Positions 1 to 10,203 of a DNA stretch of 64,000 bases are shown piece after piece. The position numbers and the translations under genes were made by a program. Where the stretch lies: assembly GCA_963422205.2 (NCBI GenBank), contig CAXMWX010000003.1, positions 257,565 to 321,564 of the forward strand. Direction: 5' to 3'. How positions within the stretch are numbered: the stretch's first letter is position 1; each line of letters begins with the position of its first letter. The notes beneath the pieces are model-generated. The model saw nothing but the letters and a program-made list of their open reading frames with translations, was not told the origin of the DNA and did not search any database. Source of the stretch: Gammaproteobacteria bacterium. GTDB lineage: Bacteria > Pseudomonadota > Gammaproteobacteria > Eutrophobiales > Eutrophobiaceae.

Positions 1-2
1 AA

Positions 3-1502
3 ACCGAGCTGAATGAAGAGGAATTACTCGCCATCATGCCTGGCTATCATGCCGTGATTGTCAGAAGCGCAACGAACATGACCGCCCGGATCATCGAGGC
101 GGCGCCTGACCTGAAGGTGATCGGGCGGGCGGGCATCGGCGTTGATAACATTGATGTCAAGGCGGCCACCATCAGGGGCATTGCCGTGCTCAATACGCCC
201 GATGCCAACGCCACCACCACGGCCGAGTTGACCGTGGCTCACATGCTTTCTTTAAGCCGTAATCTGCCGCAGGCCGATCGTTCCGTGAAGGCGGGCGCCT
301 GGCAGCGCTCGCAGTTTATGGGCGCTGAACTGGCCGGCAAGCTCTTAGGCATTATCGGCTATGGCGCCATAGGCCGGATCGTTGCCAGCCGTGCGCTCGC
401 CCTTGATATGCAGGTCAAGGTCTATGATCCGTTCGTGACCGAGGAGCGGCTGCAAGCCGATGGCGTTGCCGCTCTGGTGCTGGATGCACTGGTGGCCGAG
501 GCCGATTACCTGACGCTGCACTGCCCGGTCACCGCCGCTACCCGCAACATCCTCAGCGCAGAACGGCTGGCCAGCATGAAGCCAGGCGCGCGCCTGATCA
601 ACTGCGCCCGTGGCGGTCTGGTTGATGAGACGGCCCTGTATGCGTTGTTGAAATCCGGCCATCTCGCTGGTGCGGCGCTGGATGTGTTTGCTGATGAGCC
701 GCCCGGGGACTCGCCGCTGCTGGCGCTGGATAATATTGTCTTAACGCCGCATCTGGGCGCCTCCACCCATGAGGCGCAAAATGCCGCCGGTGCTGATATC
801 GCCAGACAGGTTGCCGTGTATTTGCAGACCGGCGAGCCGATTAATGCGATCAACCTGCCGGCGGTATCGGCGGAGGAATCGCGCCGCTTGCAACCTTATC
901 TGCTGCTGGCCGGTAACCTGGGGCGATTGCTTGAGCCGATGATACGGGGGGCGATTGACAAGCTGGAGGTCTCGCTGTGTGGTGATGCGGCGCTGCGTGA
1001 TAGCCAATCCATCGCCACCGCCGGGCTGGTCGGTTGGTTGAGTGTGCACATGTCCGCCCCGGTGAACCGCATCAATGCCCGGCTGATCGCCGAACAGCAT
1101 GGCGTGCAGTTAGTGGAATCGCGCTGCGGGGAGCATCCCGATTATCATACGACAGTGAGTTTAACCGCCCATCATGGTGCCAAGACCACCACCGTGACCG
1201 GCGCCCTGTTTGATAAAAAACACCCGCGCCTGGTGCGTATTAACCGCTATGAGATCGAGGCGTTTCTCGAAGGCCATCTGCTGTTTACCCGGCATGTGGA
1301 TAAGCCCGGCGTGATGGCCGCTATCACTGGTCTTCTGGCCGATAATCATGTCAATATCGCCCGTATGCAGTTAGGGATCGTGGCCGGCAGCGATAAGGCA
1401 GTGGCCGTGATGGAGGTATCGGATACGTTGTCAGCGACCATCATGGAACAACTGGCAAAGCTGCCTGCCATCACCAAGGTCATGCAGGTTTCCATGACAT
1501 AA
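3..1502 (+). CDS. serA: D-3-phosphoglycerate dehydrogenase, long (ASB+ACT) form; 5' end lies outside the window
   Basis: GRAGIGVDNID, GIIGYGAIG, LINCARGGLVDE, TPHLGAST motifs and C-terminal ACT (DKPGV). The frame is open from position 3, upstream of the ATG at 36. Confidence 0.95.
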   Translation, partial: TELNEEELLAIMPGYHAVIVRSATNMTARIIEAAPDLKVIGRAGIGVDNIDVKAATIRGIAVLNTPDANATTTAELTVAHMLSLSRNLPQADRSVKAGAWQRSQFMGAELAGKLLGIIGYGAIGRIVASRALALDMQVKVYDPFVTEERLQADGVAALVLDALVAEADYLTLHCPVTAATRNILSAERLASMKPGARLINCARGGLVDETALYALLKSGHLAGAALDVFADEPPGDSPLLALDNIVLTPHLGASTHEAQNAAGADIARQVAVYLQTGEPINAINLPAVSAEESRRLQPYLLLAGNLGRLLEPMIRGAIDKLEVSLCGDAALRDSQSIATAGLVGWLSVHMSAPVNRINARLIAEQHGVQLVESRCGEHPDYHTTVSLTAHHGAKTTTVTGALFDKKHPRLVRINRYEIEAFLEGHLLFTRHVDKPGVMAAITGLLADNHVNIARMQLGIVAGSDKAVAVMEVSDTLSATIMEQLAKLPAITKVMQVSMT

Positions 1503-1518
1503 GCACCGGCCCCTTCAG

Positions 1519-2766
1519 ATGAACATCAAGCCATTTTGCGGCCTGCGCCCAAAGCCACAGTATGCAGAGCAGGTGGCCAGCCGTCCTTATGATGTGCTGG
1601 ATACTGCTGAGGCCAGGGCCGAGGCGGCGGGTAATCCGTATTCCTTCCTCAATGTGGTGAAACCTGAAATCACCTTGCCGGCGGCGACTGATCCCCACTC
1701 AACCCAGGTCTATCAGGCGGGGCGGAAAAACTTTCAGCAGTTGCTGGATGATGGCGTGTTTATGCAGGATGAGATACCGTGTTTATACTTATATGAGCTT
1801 ACCCTGGACGGACACAGCCAGGATGGGATTGTCGCCTGTGTGGCCGTGGCAGACTACCTGCAGGAGCGAGTCAAAAAACACGAGCTGACCCGGCCGGACA
1901 AGGAGGAGGACAGGAAAAACCATGTTCGGGCGACTCGACTCCATGCCGAGCCGGTGCTGTTCGCTTACCCGGCCAACCCGCTGATCGAGGTGCAGGTTGC
2001 CAGGGTAAAGCAGCAGCAGGCAACGTATGATTTTATCGCCGCTGATGCGGTGCGGCATCGGCTGTGGCGGGTGGATGATGCGGCTGTTATCGATGCCATC
2101 GTCCAGGGCTTTGCCGCTATGGAGGCGAGTTATATCGCCGATGGTCATCACCGTACCGCCGCCGCTGCGCTGGTTGGTGCTGAACTGGCGGCGGAAAACC
2201 CGGAGCATAGCGGTACGGAAGCATACAATTATTTTCTCGCCGTACACTTCCCGGATACGCAGCTTAAAATCATTGATTACAACCGGGTTGTCACCGACTT
2301 GAATGGCTTGACCAGGGAGGAGTTCATCGCCCGGCTGGCTACCACCGGTTTTACTGTGGAGAAGACAGGCGCCAGCCCCTGCAAGCCACAGCGTATCCAT
2401 GAGATAGGCATGTATCTTGAAGGTGACTGGTATCGGCTGACCGCCAGCACCGCCAGCGATGATGAGGCCGATCCTGTCGCCGTGCTGGATGTCACCATCC
2501 TGTCAACGCAGATTCTAAAACCCGTCTTGGGCATTGTCGATCTCCGCCGTGATCAACGCATCGATTTCGTTGGCGGTATCCGTGGTCTTGAGGAGCTTGA
2601 GCGACGGGTGGATACGGGCGAGATGAAGGTGGCCTTTGCCATGTATCCGGTGTCCATGCCGCAGTTGATGGACATCGCCGATAAGGGCTTGATCATGCCG
2701 CCCAAGGTCACCTGGTTTGAACCCAAGTTACGCAGCGGCCTGATAGTGCATTCCCTGCTGGATTAA
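1519..2766 (+). CDS. DUF1015 family protein
   Basis: PYDV, KKHELTRPDKEEDR, YIADGHHR, MPPKVTWFEPKLRSGL signature; directly follows serA. Confidence 0.9.
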   Translation: MNIKPFCGLRPKPQYAEQVASRPYDVLDTAEARAEAAGNPYSFLNVVKPEITLPAATDPHSTQVYQAGRKNFQQLLDDGVFMQDEIPCLYLYELTLDGHSQDGIVACVAVADYLQERVKKHELTRPDKEEDRKNHVRATRLHAEPVLFAYPANPLIEVQVARVKQQQATYDFIAADAVRHRLWRVDDAAVIDAIVQGFAAMEASYIADGHHRTAAAALVGAELAAENPEHSGTEAYNYFLAVHFPDTQLKIIDYNRVVTDLNGLTREEFIARLATTGFTVEKTGASPCKPQRIHEIGMYLEGDWYRLTASTASDDEADPVAVLDVTILSTQILKPVLGIVDLRRDQRIDFVGGIRGLEELERRVDTGEMKVAFAMYPVSMPQLMDIADKGLIMPPKVTWFEPKLRSGLIVHSLLD

Positions 2767-2926
2767 GTCGCAACGGCGCAAGCGATGCGGCGTATGCGCT
2801 GATGACGGGTGCATCAACCGCTTATCCTCATCCGCCTTATCCTGCAAGCCATGACATAGCCCAACTTGCCGCCGGCCTTTACGCATGAGCAAGGCTCAAC
2901 TTGAGTTGTCAGCATCGGCGCCGCCG

Positions 2927-3295
2927 TTAGCGGTTTCCCAAAGCAAACACCGCCGCATACTGTTTTTCGCTGAAGCCGATATGGATGTTTTTGCCCTGTT
3001 GCAGCACAGGGCGTTTAATCAAGGTCGGATTGTCCAGTATCAGCGTGTATGCCGAGCTGTTATCCACCTGTGCTTTTTGCTGTGCTGACAGCTTGCGCCA
3101 GGTGCTGCTGCGCTTATTAACGAGTTGCTCTGCCCCAGCCTGTGAAAGCCAGCTTCGCAGCCGTCTCTCATCCAGACCATCAGCGCGAAAGTCATAAAAT
3201 AAATAGTCTATCTGGTTTATGTCCAGCCATTGCCGCGCTTTTTTCACGGTGTCGCAGTTTTTTATGCCAAACAATGTTACTGCCATGTCATTCAT
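2927..3295 (-). CDS. yffB: ArsC/Spx-family reductase (YffB-like)
   Basis: [21 protein letters not shown] and PTLIKRPV motifs; coupled to dapD. Confidence 0.85.
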   Translation of the reverse strand: MNDMAVTLFGIKNCDTVKKARQWLDINQIDYLFYDFRADGLDERRLRSWLSQAGAEQLVNKRSSTWRKLSAQQKAQVDNSSAYTLILDNPTLIKRPVLQQGKNIHIGFSEKQYAAVFALGNR

Positions 3296-4109
3296 CCCGA
3301 AGGAGTTCGTTCAGGCTGACCTTGCTTCGGGTTTTCTCATCCACCTGTTTCACGATCACAGCGCAATACAGCGAGTGGCTGCCGTCTTTTGCCGGCAGGT
3401 TGCCTGACACCACCACCGAGCCGGGCGGGATCGCACCATAGCTGATCTCGCCGCTGGCACGATGGTAAATTTTGGTACTCTGGCCGATGTAAACGCCCAT
3501 GGAAATGACCGATCCCTCGCCGATGATAACGCCTTCCACGATCTCCGAGCGGGCGCCGATGAAGCAGTTATCCTCAATGATGGTGGGGCTCGCCTGTAGC
3601 GGCTCCAGCACGCCGCCGATCCCGACACCACCGGATAAATGCACGTTTTTACCGATCTGTGCACACGAGCCGACCGTTGCCCAGGTATCGACCATGCTGC
3701 CTGAATCGACATAAGCACCGATGTTGATGTAACTCGGCATCACCACCACACCGGGGGCGATAAAACTGCCGAAGCGCGCCACGGCGGGCGGCACGACCCT
3801 CACCCCGGCAGCGATAAAATCAGCTTCCTGGAGAGCGGCGAACTTGCTGGCGACCTTATCGTAATAATTGGTAAAGCCGCCGGTGATGAGCGCATTGTCG
3901 TTGAGCATGAATGACAACAACACGGCTTTTTTCGCCCATTCATTCACTACCCAGCGGCCATCGGCCTTCTCGGCAACACGCAACTCGCCGCTGTCCAGCG
4001 CCGCCAGGGTCGCCTGAACCGCCGCCTTGACCTCGCTGTCGGGATGCTGGCTATCCCTGTCCGCCCGGTTGGCAAACGCCTCATTAATGACTGCCTCAAG
4101 CTCTCTCAT
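3288..4109 (-). CDS. dapD: Tetrahydrodipicolinate N-succinyltransferase
   Basis: [41 protein letters not shown] motifs. Confidence 0.97.
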   Translation of the reverse strand: MRELEAVINEAFANRADRDSQHPDSEVKAAVQATLAALDSGELRVAEKADGRWVVNEWAKKAVLLSFMLNDNALITGGFTNYYDKVASKFAALQEADFIAAGVRVVPPAVARFGSFIAPGVVVMPSYINIGAYVDSGSMVDTWATVGSCAQIGKNVHLSGGVGIGGVLEPLQASPTIIEDNCFIGARSEIVEGVIIGEGSVISMGVYIGQSTKIYHRASGEISYGAIPPGSVVVSGNLPAKDGSHSLYCAVIVKQVDEKTRSKVSLNELLRDE

Positions 4110-4363
4110 CTGGTGTTACTCCTTAAAAAAATTTAGCAGGATCGTCTGTCAGCGCTGATACGATGGGTGGCCTTCGCACAGATCAACATCGTATACTAAC
4201 ATCCGCGCTTTTTTCCACGATAACACGTTGGCGTGATATGGCGCCCGATTATGGCGTGCGATGTGACAGGTTGTGCAAAAGCCAAAGACATGCGTAAGAT
4301 TCAAACAGGGTCTTGTGTTATGCTTTGCTGCCTCCTCTTAAAAGTTTCAAGTAACGTATTATC

Positions 4364-5458
4364 GTGAGTACATTGTTAATCCTGCCCGGCGATGGGATAG
4401 GCCCTGAGATAATCGCCCAGGCCGAGAAAGTGTTGGCCCGATTGATAAGTGAATACGGCCTTGAGTTGCACATTGAGCAGGGTTTGCTGGGCGGGGCGGC
4501 GATTGATGCCACCGGTCAGCCGCTGCCAGAGAAGACCCTTGAGCAGGCGAGGGCTGCTGATGCCATCCTGCTGGGGGCTATCGGCGGGCCGAAGTGGGAG
4601 GGTATTGAGCGCCGTCTTCGGCCAGAGAGAGGCCTGTTAGGTATTCGTTCGGCGCTGGGGTTGTTTGCCAATCTCAGGCCTGCGCGCAGCTATCCGCAAC
4701 TGGTATCGGCCTCCAGCCTGAAGCCAGAGTTGGTCAGCGGTCTGGATATTCTGTTTGTCAGGGAATTGACGAGCGGCATCTATTTCGGCGAGCCCAGAGG
4801 CATTGCGATCGAGAATGGCGAGCGTTGTGGTGTGAATACCATGCGCTATACCGAGGCTGAAATTGAACGTATCGCACACAGCGCCTTCACCATAGCACAA
4901 AAACGAACTCGCCGTCTCTGCTCGGTGGACAAGGCCAATGTACTGGAAGTCTCCGAGCTTTGGCGTGAGGTGATGCAGACAGTCTCGACCGAGTACCCGG
5001 CGGTCACGCTGGAGCATCTGTATGTCGATAATGCCGCTATGCAACTGGTCAGGGCGCCAAAACAGTTTGATGTGATCGTCACGTCCAACTTGTTTGGCGA
5101 TGTGCTGTCTGATCTGGCGGCCATGTTGACCGGCTCGATCGGTATGCTGCCCTCGGCCTCGCTTAATCACCAGGCCAAAGGCTTGTATGAGCCTATACAT
5201 GGATCAGCACCGGATATTGCCGGGCAGGGGGTTGCCAATCCGCTGGCCACGGTGTTGTCGCTGTCCATGTTGTTGCGCTACAGCCTGGATCAGCCGGACT
5301 TTGCCGACCGGGTGGAGGCGGCCGTGGTGCGGGTGTTGGCGGCCGGGCTGCGGACGGCTGACATCCATACGAAGGGCAGGCAGAAAGTCAGTACGGATGA
5401 GATGGGCGATGCGGTGGTGGCGGCATTGTCAAGCGAACAGCCAGGGATTAACGCTTGA
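4364..5458 (+). CDS. leuB: 3-isopropylmalate dehydrogenase
   Basis: [49 protein letters not shown]; GTG start. Confidence 0.97.
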   Translation: MSTLLILPGDGIGPEIIAQAEKVLARLISEYGLELHIEQGLLGGAAIDATGQPLPEKTLEQARAADAILLGAIGGPKWEGIERRLRPERGLLGIRSALGLFANLRPARSYPQLVSASSLKPELVSGLDILFVRELTSGIYFGEPRGIAIENGERCGVNTMRYTEAEIERIAHSAFTIAQKRTRRLCSVDKANVLEVSELWREVMQTVSTEYPAVTLEHLYVDNAAMQLVRAPKQFDVIVTSNLFGDVLSDLAAMLTGSIGMLPSASLNHQAKGLYEPIHGSAPDIAGQGVANPLATVLSLSMLLRYSLDQPDFADRVEAAVVRVLAAGLRTADIHTKGRQKVSTDEMGDAVVAALSSEQPGINA

Positions 5459-6480
5459 TGGGCAAGAAGTTTAATGTTGCCGTTGTGGGGGCGACGGGTG
5501 CAGTCGGCGAAGTCATGCTGTCAATCCTGGCGGCGCGCCAGTTTCCGGTGGCGGAGGTGTTTGCCCTGGCCAGTGCGCGCTCTGTCGGCAAAAAGGTCGC
5601 CTTCGGTGATCGCAAGCTGCGGGTGAGTGAGCTGGAGGGGTTTGATTTTAGTCGGGCACAGCTTGGTTTGTTTTCCGCGGGTGCTGCGATCTCCGATACC
5701 TACGCACCGCTGGCCGCCGAGGCGGGTTGTATCGTCATCGACAATACCTCGCGCTTTCGCTACCAAGAGGGCATCCCGTTGGTCGTCCCGGAGGTGAATG
5801 CCGAGAAGATCGCAGAGTATACCCGCACAGGCATCATCGCCAATCCGAATTGCTCCACTATTCAGCTGGTGGTTGCCTTAAAGCCGATCCACGATGCGGT
5901 GGGGATCATTCGAATCAATGTCTGTACCTATCAGGCAGTTTCCGGCACCGGTATGCAGGCGATCGAGGAGTTACACAGACAGGCGGCAGATATCCTTAAC
6001 GCCAGCCCGGTTACGCTGAAGGTCTACCCCAGGCAAATCGCCTTTAATGTGTTGCCGCACATTGATGTATTTCAGGACAACGGCTACACCAAAGAAGAGA
6101 TGAAGATGGTGTGGGAGACCCGCAAGATCATGGGCGATGACCGTATTCTGGTGAACCCGACTGCGGTACGGGTGCCGGTTTTTGTTGGTCATTCCGAGGC
6201 CGTGCATATAGAAACGCACGAGAAGATAAGCGCTGCCAGGGCGCGCGAGTTGCTGGCGGGTAGCCCCGGTGTGGTCGTTGTTGATACGCATCAGGATGGC
6301 GGTTATCCGACTGCCGTGACTGAGGCAGCGGGCAAGGATTCGGTGTATGTCGGGCGGATTCGTGAGGATATTTCTCATCCAAACGGCCTGAATTTATGGG
6401 TAGTGGCGGATAATGTGCGTAAAGGGGCGGCATTAAACAGTGTTCAAATCGCTGAAATTCTGGTAAAACACTATTTATAA
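5458..6480 (+). CDS. asd: Aspartate-semialdehyde dehydrogenase
   Basis: VVGATGAVG, IIANPNCSTIQ, YQAVSGTG, DNVRKGAALN; ATG overlaps the leuB stop. Confidence 0.97.
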   Translation: MGKKFNVAVVGATGAVGEVMLSILAARQFPVAEVFALASARSVGKKVAFGDRKLRVSELEGFDFSRAQLGLFSAGAAISDTYAPLAAEAGCIVIDNTSRFRYQEGIPLVVPEVNAEKIAEYTRTGIIANPNCSTIQLVVALKPIHDAVGIIRINVCTYQAVSGTGMQAIEELHRQAADILNASPVTLKVYPRQIAFNVLPHIDVFQDNGYTKEEMKMVWETRKIMGDDRILVNPTAVRVPVFVGHSEAVHIETHEKISAARARELLAGSPGVVVVDTHQDGGYPTAVTEAAGKDSVYVGRIREDISHPNGLNLWVVADNVRKGAALNSVQIAEILVKHYL

Positions 6481-6533
6481 GGTATAGTTAAGGGGTAATC
6501 GTAAAGTACATTCGTAAGTTTTGCGGACGGATT

Positions 6534-6562
6534 TTGTGCATACTGTTGCCTTTAAGTATAAT
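6534..6562 (+). promoter_or_regulatory. Putative sigma70 promoter for the fimV region
   Basis: TTGTGC-N17-TATAAT in the AT-rich gap after asd. Confidence 0.5.
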
Positions 6563-6627
6563 AAAATACTGTACGTTATGCCGATAACTCACTGAAAAAC
6601 ATGTTTATAAGCCTGGGAAGTCCCTTA

Positions 6628-7017
6628 ATGATCACACGAAAAACCTGCTTGCCCGCTTTGTTTTTCCTGCCTGGCCTTTTTTTCTGTACCGCTTCAGTGG
6701 CCGTGGCGCTGGCGGATATTGAGCTATTATCCAGTCTAAATCAACCACTTAGGGCTAAAGTCCCACTTTTGGAAGTGACTCAGGACGAGTTGGATAGCAT
6801 GGCGGTGTCGCTGAAGGTGGCTGATGCGGCTGCACTGATCAGCACGGTGCGGGGCTTGCAGTATGAGATCAAGCAGGATGAGGCGGGGCATTACATCGAA
6901 ATCACGAGTGAGAACGTCATTCGTGAGCCTGTCGTGAATATCAGCCTGGCGCTGGACTAGAATCACGGTCAGCTACGGCGTGAATATGCCTTGTTGATCG
7001 ATCCGGTGTCACGTTAG
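6628..7017 (+). pseudogene. Stand-alone FimV N-terminal-domain paralogue interrupted by an in-frame TAG (6958-6960)
   Basis: Signal peptide followed by LADIELLSSLNQPLRAKVPL, matching FimV LGEIELKSALNQPFEARIEL. After the TAG the frame continues NHGQLRREYALLIDP, matching FimV WSTGRLFREYTVLLDP. Confidence 0.75.
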
Positions 7018-7041
7018 CAAGCCACGGGATAGGGAGGAATC

Positions 7042-10000
7042 ATGAAGCGGACAGTTATCAGAAGTGTATTGATCTTGTTCCTGTTACCGGGCGTGGCATG
7101 GTCTTTGGGCCTGGGTGAGATTGAACTCAAATCCGCGCTGAACCAACCCTTTGAAGCCAGGATAGAATTGCTGGCGGCTACCGCCGATGAGCTGGATGCC
7201 CTAAAAGTCAACCTCGCCGATGTTGATGCCTTTAAGCGTGCCGGGATCGACCGGCTGTTCCTGCTGAGTCGGCTGCGGTTTCAGGTCGTCCGCGAGGAAG
7301 CCGGCGCCGATTATATTCGTATCTCAACCACCGAACCCATGCGCGAGCCCTTCCTGAATTTCCTAGTGGAAGCCAGTTGGTCTACCGGTCGTTTGTTTCG
7401 GGAGTACACCGTATTACTTGACCCGCCGCTGTACGATCCCAATGTCCGCCGTCGTGTTCTGTCAACACCGCCGCCGGTCCTTGATGATGCCGATACCGGC
7501 GAAGCCTATGTCAGCCCGGCCGATGCCGGCCCGGTTGCCGGCACCTTCTCAGGCAGCGAGTACGGCCCGATCGTGGCGGGTGATACCCTGTGGTCAATCG
7601 CCTCACAGATCCGCCCTGACAGTTCGGTATCCGTGCAGCAGATGATGCTGGCGCTGTTGCACACCAACCCCGAAGCCTTTATCAACAACAACATCAACGG
7701 GCTCAAGCGCGGGCGAATTCTGTCTGTGCCAACGTATGATGAGATCACAGCAACGTCAGCGTCTGATGCCTTTGCCGAGGCAAGATTGCAGAATCAGGAC
7801 TGGCAGGAGGTGCTGGGCATACTTGCTGAGGATACCCCCGACAGAGTGGATACGGTAGCGCTGGATGACTCGGCAGGTGATGCTGCCCCGGCCGCCTCAC
7901 CCTACGAAGCGCTGGAAGACGGGGCGACTGATACCGAGGTGAGCGCATCTGAGCAGGCCGATCCTGCGCTGCGGCTGGTGGCGGCGAATACCGATGAGAC
8001 GGATGCAGTGAATGGTCAGCAGGCCAGTGCCTCCGATGACGTGAGCGCAGAAGATCTGGCGATTGCCAACGAAAAACTCCTGAGCCTGACTGCTGAGAAT
8101 ACCGAATTAAAAGATCAACTCTCTGAAGCGGAAGATATTATCCAGAATTTGGAACGTCTGCTTGAGTTAAAAGACGATGATCTGGCGAGGATGCAGAGTG
8201 ATCTTAGCGGTGCTGGCGAGGAAGCCGACGAGGAGGTCGCCCCGGCTGCTGAGATCGAGGGCGAACTCGTTGGTGATGCGTTGGCGGAAGAGGAGACACA
8301 GGACTTTGTTGATGAGGCTGGCGATGAGGTTGTCGACAGTGCGTTGGATGCCGCCGAAGAAGCCGTTGATGAGATCATCACCGAGGAAGCGGCGGCCCCG
8401 CCAGCGGCAGAGCAGCCGCCCGCCCCGGCACCGGCGGAGAAGTCCATGCTCGCAAAGATCATGGATACCCTCATGGATTACCTGCTGTTTATCGTTGGCG
8501 GCATTGGCGGAGTGATTGCGTTGGTTGCTGCTGGTCTTTTTATCAAGAAAAAGCGGGCTGAGGCAGAAGAGCAGGATTTTCAGTTCGATTTTTCCGATTA
8601 CGAGGCGGCAGCGGCTCCCACGACCGATGAACTGGACGATGCCACGGCTATCGCCCCCTCATCTGCTGAGGATGTTGAGACGGACACTGAGGCGATTACG
8701 GATGTTCCGGATCTCGAGATAGCAGATGAGGACGCCGCTGCTAAAACCGAAGCACCGGCAGAGGACCCGCTGGCTGAAGTGAATGTATTTTTAGCCTATG
8801 AGTATTTTGATCAGGCCGAGGAATTTGTGCGTGATGCGATTGCCAATGATCCTGACAACCTTGACTTCCATGCCAAGCTATTGGAGGTCTTCTATGCCGC
8901 CGGCGATAAAAAATCCTATGAAGAGGCAGCCAAGGTCCTGCATGATAAAGTCAGCGGTGCAGGCTCTCATTGGGATATGGCTGTGGCGATGTGGCAGGAA
9001 CTATCACCTAATCGTGCCTTGTTTGCTGAACCGCTGGACGGCGAAGATGATGCCGGACAGGCGGATAAAGGCACGAGTGGCGGCGTGGTTGATCTGACCT
9101 CGGAAGACGGGGCTGAGGCCCCGGTTGATATGCCGATGGATTTTGATATCGGCGGTGACAGTGTGCCATCGGCCGAAGAAGAAGCGGCGGATGATTCGCT
9201 TGACATGACGGCACAACCAGAGTCTGCTGCCAGCGATGATGATGATGTGCTGGATTTTACTGCCGCTGCCGATCTGGGAGATGATGATGCATCGGAAGAA
9301 CTGACGCCTGTCCCTGACGATGATGTGTTGGACCTCACGGCCAGTGCGGATGCCGATGATGCCCTGGATCTCTCGATTGATGAGGATGCCGGTGATACGC
9401 TGGACATGCCGACAGATGAGGCCGAGGAGGATCTTCTGGATGCGACTGCACAATCCAGCATTGATGAGTTGAATCTGGAAGAGGATTTGCTTGATGTGAC
9501 CGCTGCTGGCAGTGTTGAGAGCTACGAGCAGCAGCAAGAGACGGCATCGGAGACTGCCGAAGCAGATGATGACAGCCTGGACTTTGACATCGGCGGTTTG
9601 TCTGAGGATGCGCCCGAGGCGGCGGAGGAAGAGGCCGTTGATACCGCGGCGCTGGAAGTAGAGGAGGCAGATGCTGGCGATGATGACAGTCTGGATTTTG
9701 ACATCGGCGGTTTGTCTGAGGATGCGCCCGAGGCGGCGGAGGAAGAGGCCGTTGATACCGCCGCGCTGGAGGTGGCACAGATAGATGTTGATGATGGTCT
9801 GGATTTTGATTTCTCTCAGGCAGAAGAGGGGGCAGAGGCCGATGCTTCGCTCGGTCTGGAACTTGATATGGATGCGGATGGGGATGCGGCGGGCGAGATA
9901 GATATGGCCGAGATAGATATGGATGGCACCGTGCAGATGTCTGCCTCTGATTTTTCTTTGGATGATGAGGATGAGGACATGCCGCCCACCGTGTTTGTGT

Positions 10001-10182
10001 CAAGTTCAGCCAACGGCGAGGAGCAAACGGAGGAGGAGGAGATAACCACCAAACTTGATCTTGCCAAGGCGTATGTCGAGTTGGGTGATGAGGACAGTGC
10101 GAGATCAATACTGGATGAAGTGCTTGCCGATGGTAATGCAGAGCAGCAACAACAGGCCAGGGATCTGCTCAATCAGCTGTAG
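7042..10182 (+). CDS. fimV: FimV/HubP polar landmark protein
   Basis: Signal peptide, FimV N-domain, LysM (GDTLWSIA), NPEAF..NINGL, coiled coil, TM helix, acidic region, C-terminal TKLDLAKAYVELGD; lies between asd and truA. Confidence 0.95.
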   Translation: MKRTVIRSVLILFLLPGVAWSLGLGEIELKSALNQPFEARIELLAATADELDALKVNLADVDAFKRAGIDRLFLLSRLRFQVVREEAGADYIRISTTEPMREPFLNFLVEASWSTGRLFREYTVLLDPPLYDPNVRRRVLSTPPPVLDDADTGEAYVSPADAGPVAGTFSGSEYGPIVAGDTLWSIASQIRPDSSVSVQQMMLALLHTNPEAFINNNINGLKRGRILSVPTYDEITATSASDAFAEARLQNQDWQEVLGILAEDTPDRVDTVALDDSAGDAAPAASPYEALEDGATDTEVSASEQADPALRLVAANTDETDAVNGQQASASDDVSAEDLAIANEKLLSLTAENTELKDQLSEAEDIIQNLERLLELKDDDLARMQSDLSGAGEEADEEVAPAAEIEGELVGDALAEEETQDFVDEAGDEVVDSALDAAEEAVDEIITEEAAAPPAAEQPPAPAPAEKSMLAKIMDTLMDYLLFIVGGIGGVIALVAAGLFIKKKRAEAEEQDFQFDFSDYEAAAAPTTDELDDATAIAPSSAEDVETDTEAITDVPDLEIADEDAAAKTEAPAEDPLAEVNVFLAYEYFDQAEEFVRDAIANDPDNLDFHAKLLEVFYAAGDKKSYEEAAKVLHDKVSGAGSHWDMAVAMWQELSPNRALFAEPLDGEDDAGQADKGTSGGVVDLTSEDGAEAPVDMPMDFDIGGDSVPSAEEEAADDSLDMTAQPESAASDDDDVLDFTAAADLGDDDASEELTPVPDDDVLDLTASADADDALDLSIDEDAGDTLDMPTDEAEEDLLDATAQSSIDELNLEEDLLDVTAAGSVESYEQQQETASETAEADDDSLDFDIGGLSEDAPEAAEEEAVDTAALEVEEADAGDDDSLDFDIGGLSEDAPEAAEEEAVDTAALEVAQIDVDDGLDFDFSQAEEGAEADASLGLELDMDADGDAAGEIDMAEIDMDGTVQMSASDFSLDDEDEDMPPTVFVSSSANGEEQTEEEEITTKLDLAKAYVELGDEDSARSILDEVLADGNAEQQQQARDLLNQL
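9565..9775 (+). repeat. Internal near-identical duplication in fimV (period 114 bp)
   Basis: DDDSLDFDIGGLSEDAPEAAEEEAVDTAALEV is encoded twice, starting at 9565 and 9679. Confidence 0.9.
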
Positions 10183-10203
10183 TTCGTCTGCTGTCCGCAT
10201 GGC

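Noticed and set aside
2780-2845. GATGCGGCGT and CGCCTTATCC resembling halves of an enterobacterial REP
   Set aside because: The halves are about 40 bp apart, the GTAG foot is missing and there is no second copy; probably chance.
6958-6960. TAG as evidence of an alternative genetic code or pyrrolysine
   Set aside because: TAG ends normal genes here (fimV, trpB, accD, purF, soxC); a single TGG-to-TAG change is simpler.
8967-10172. Minus-strand ORFs inside fimV (e.g. 257 aa His/Pro-rich)
   Set aside because: Antisense by-products of the low-complexity acidic region.
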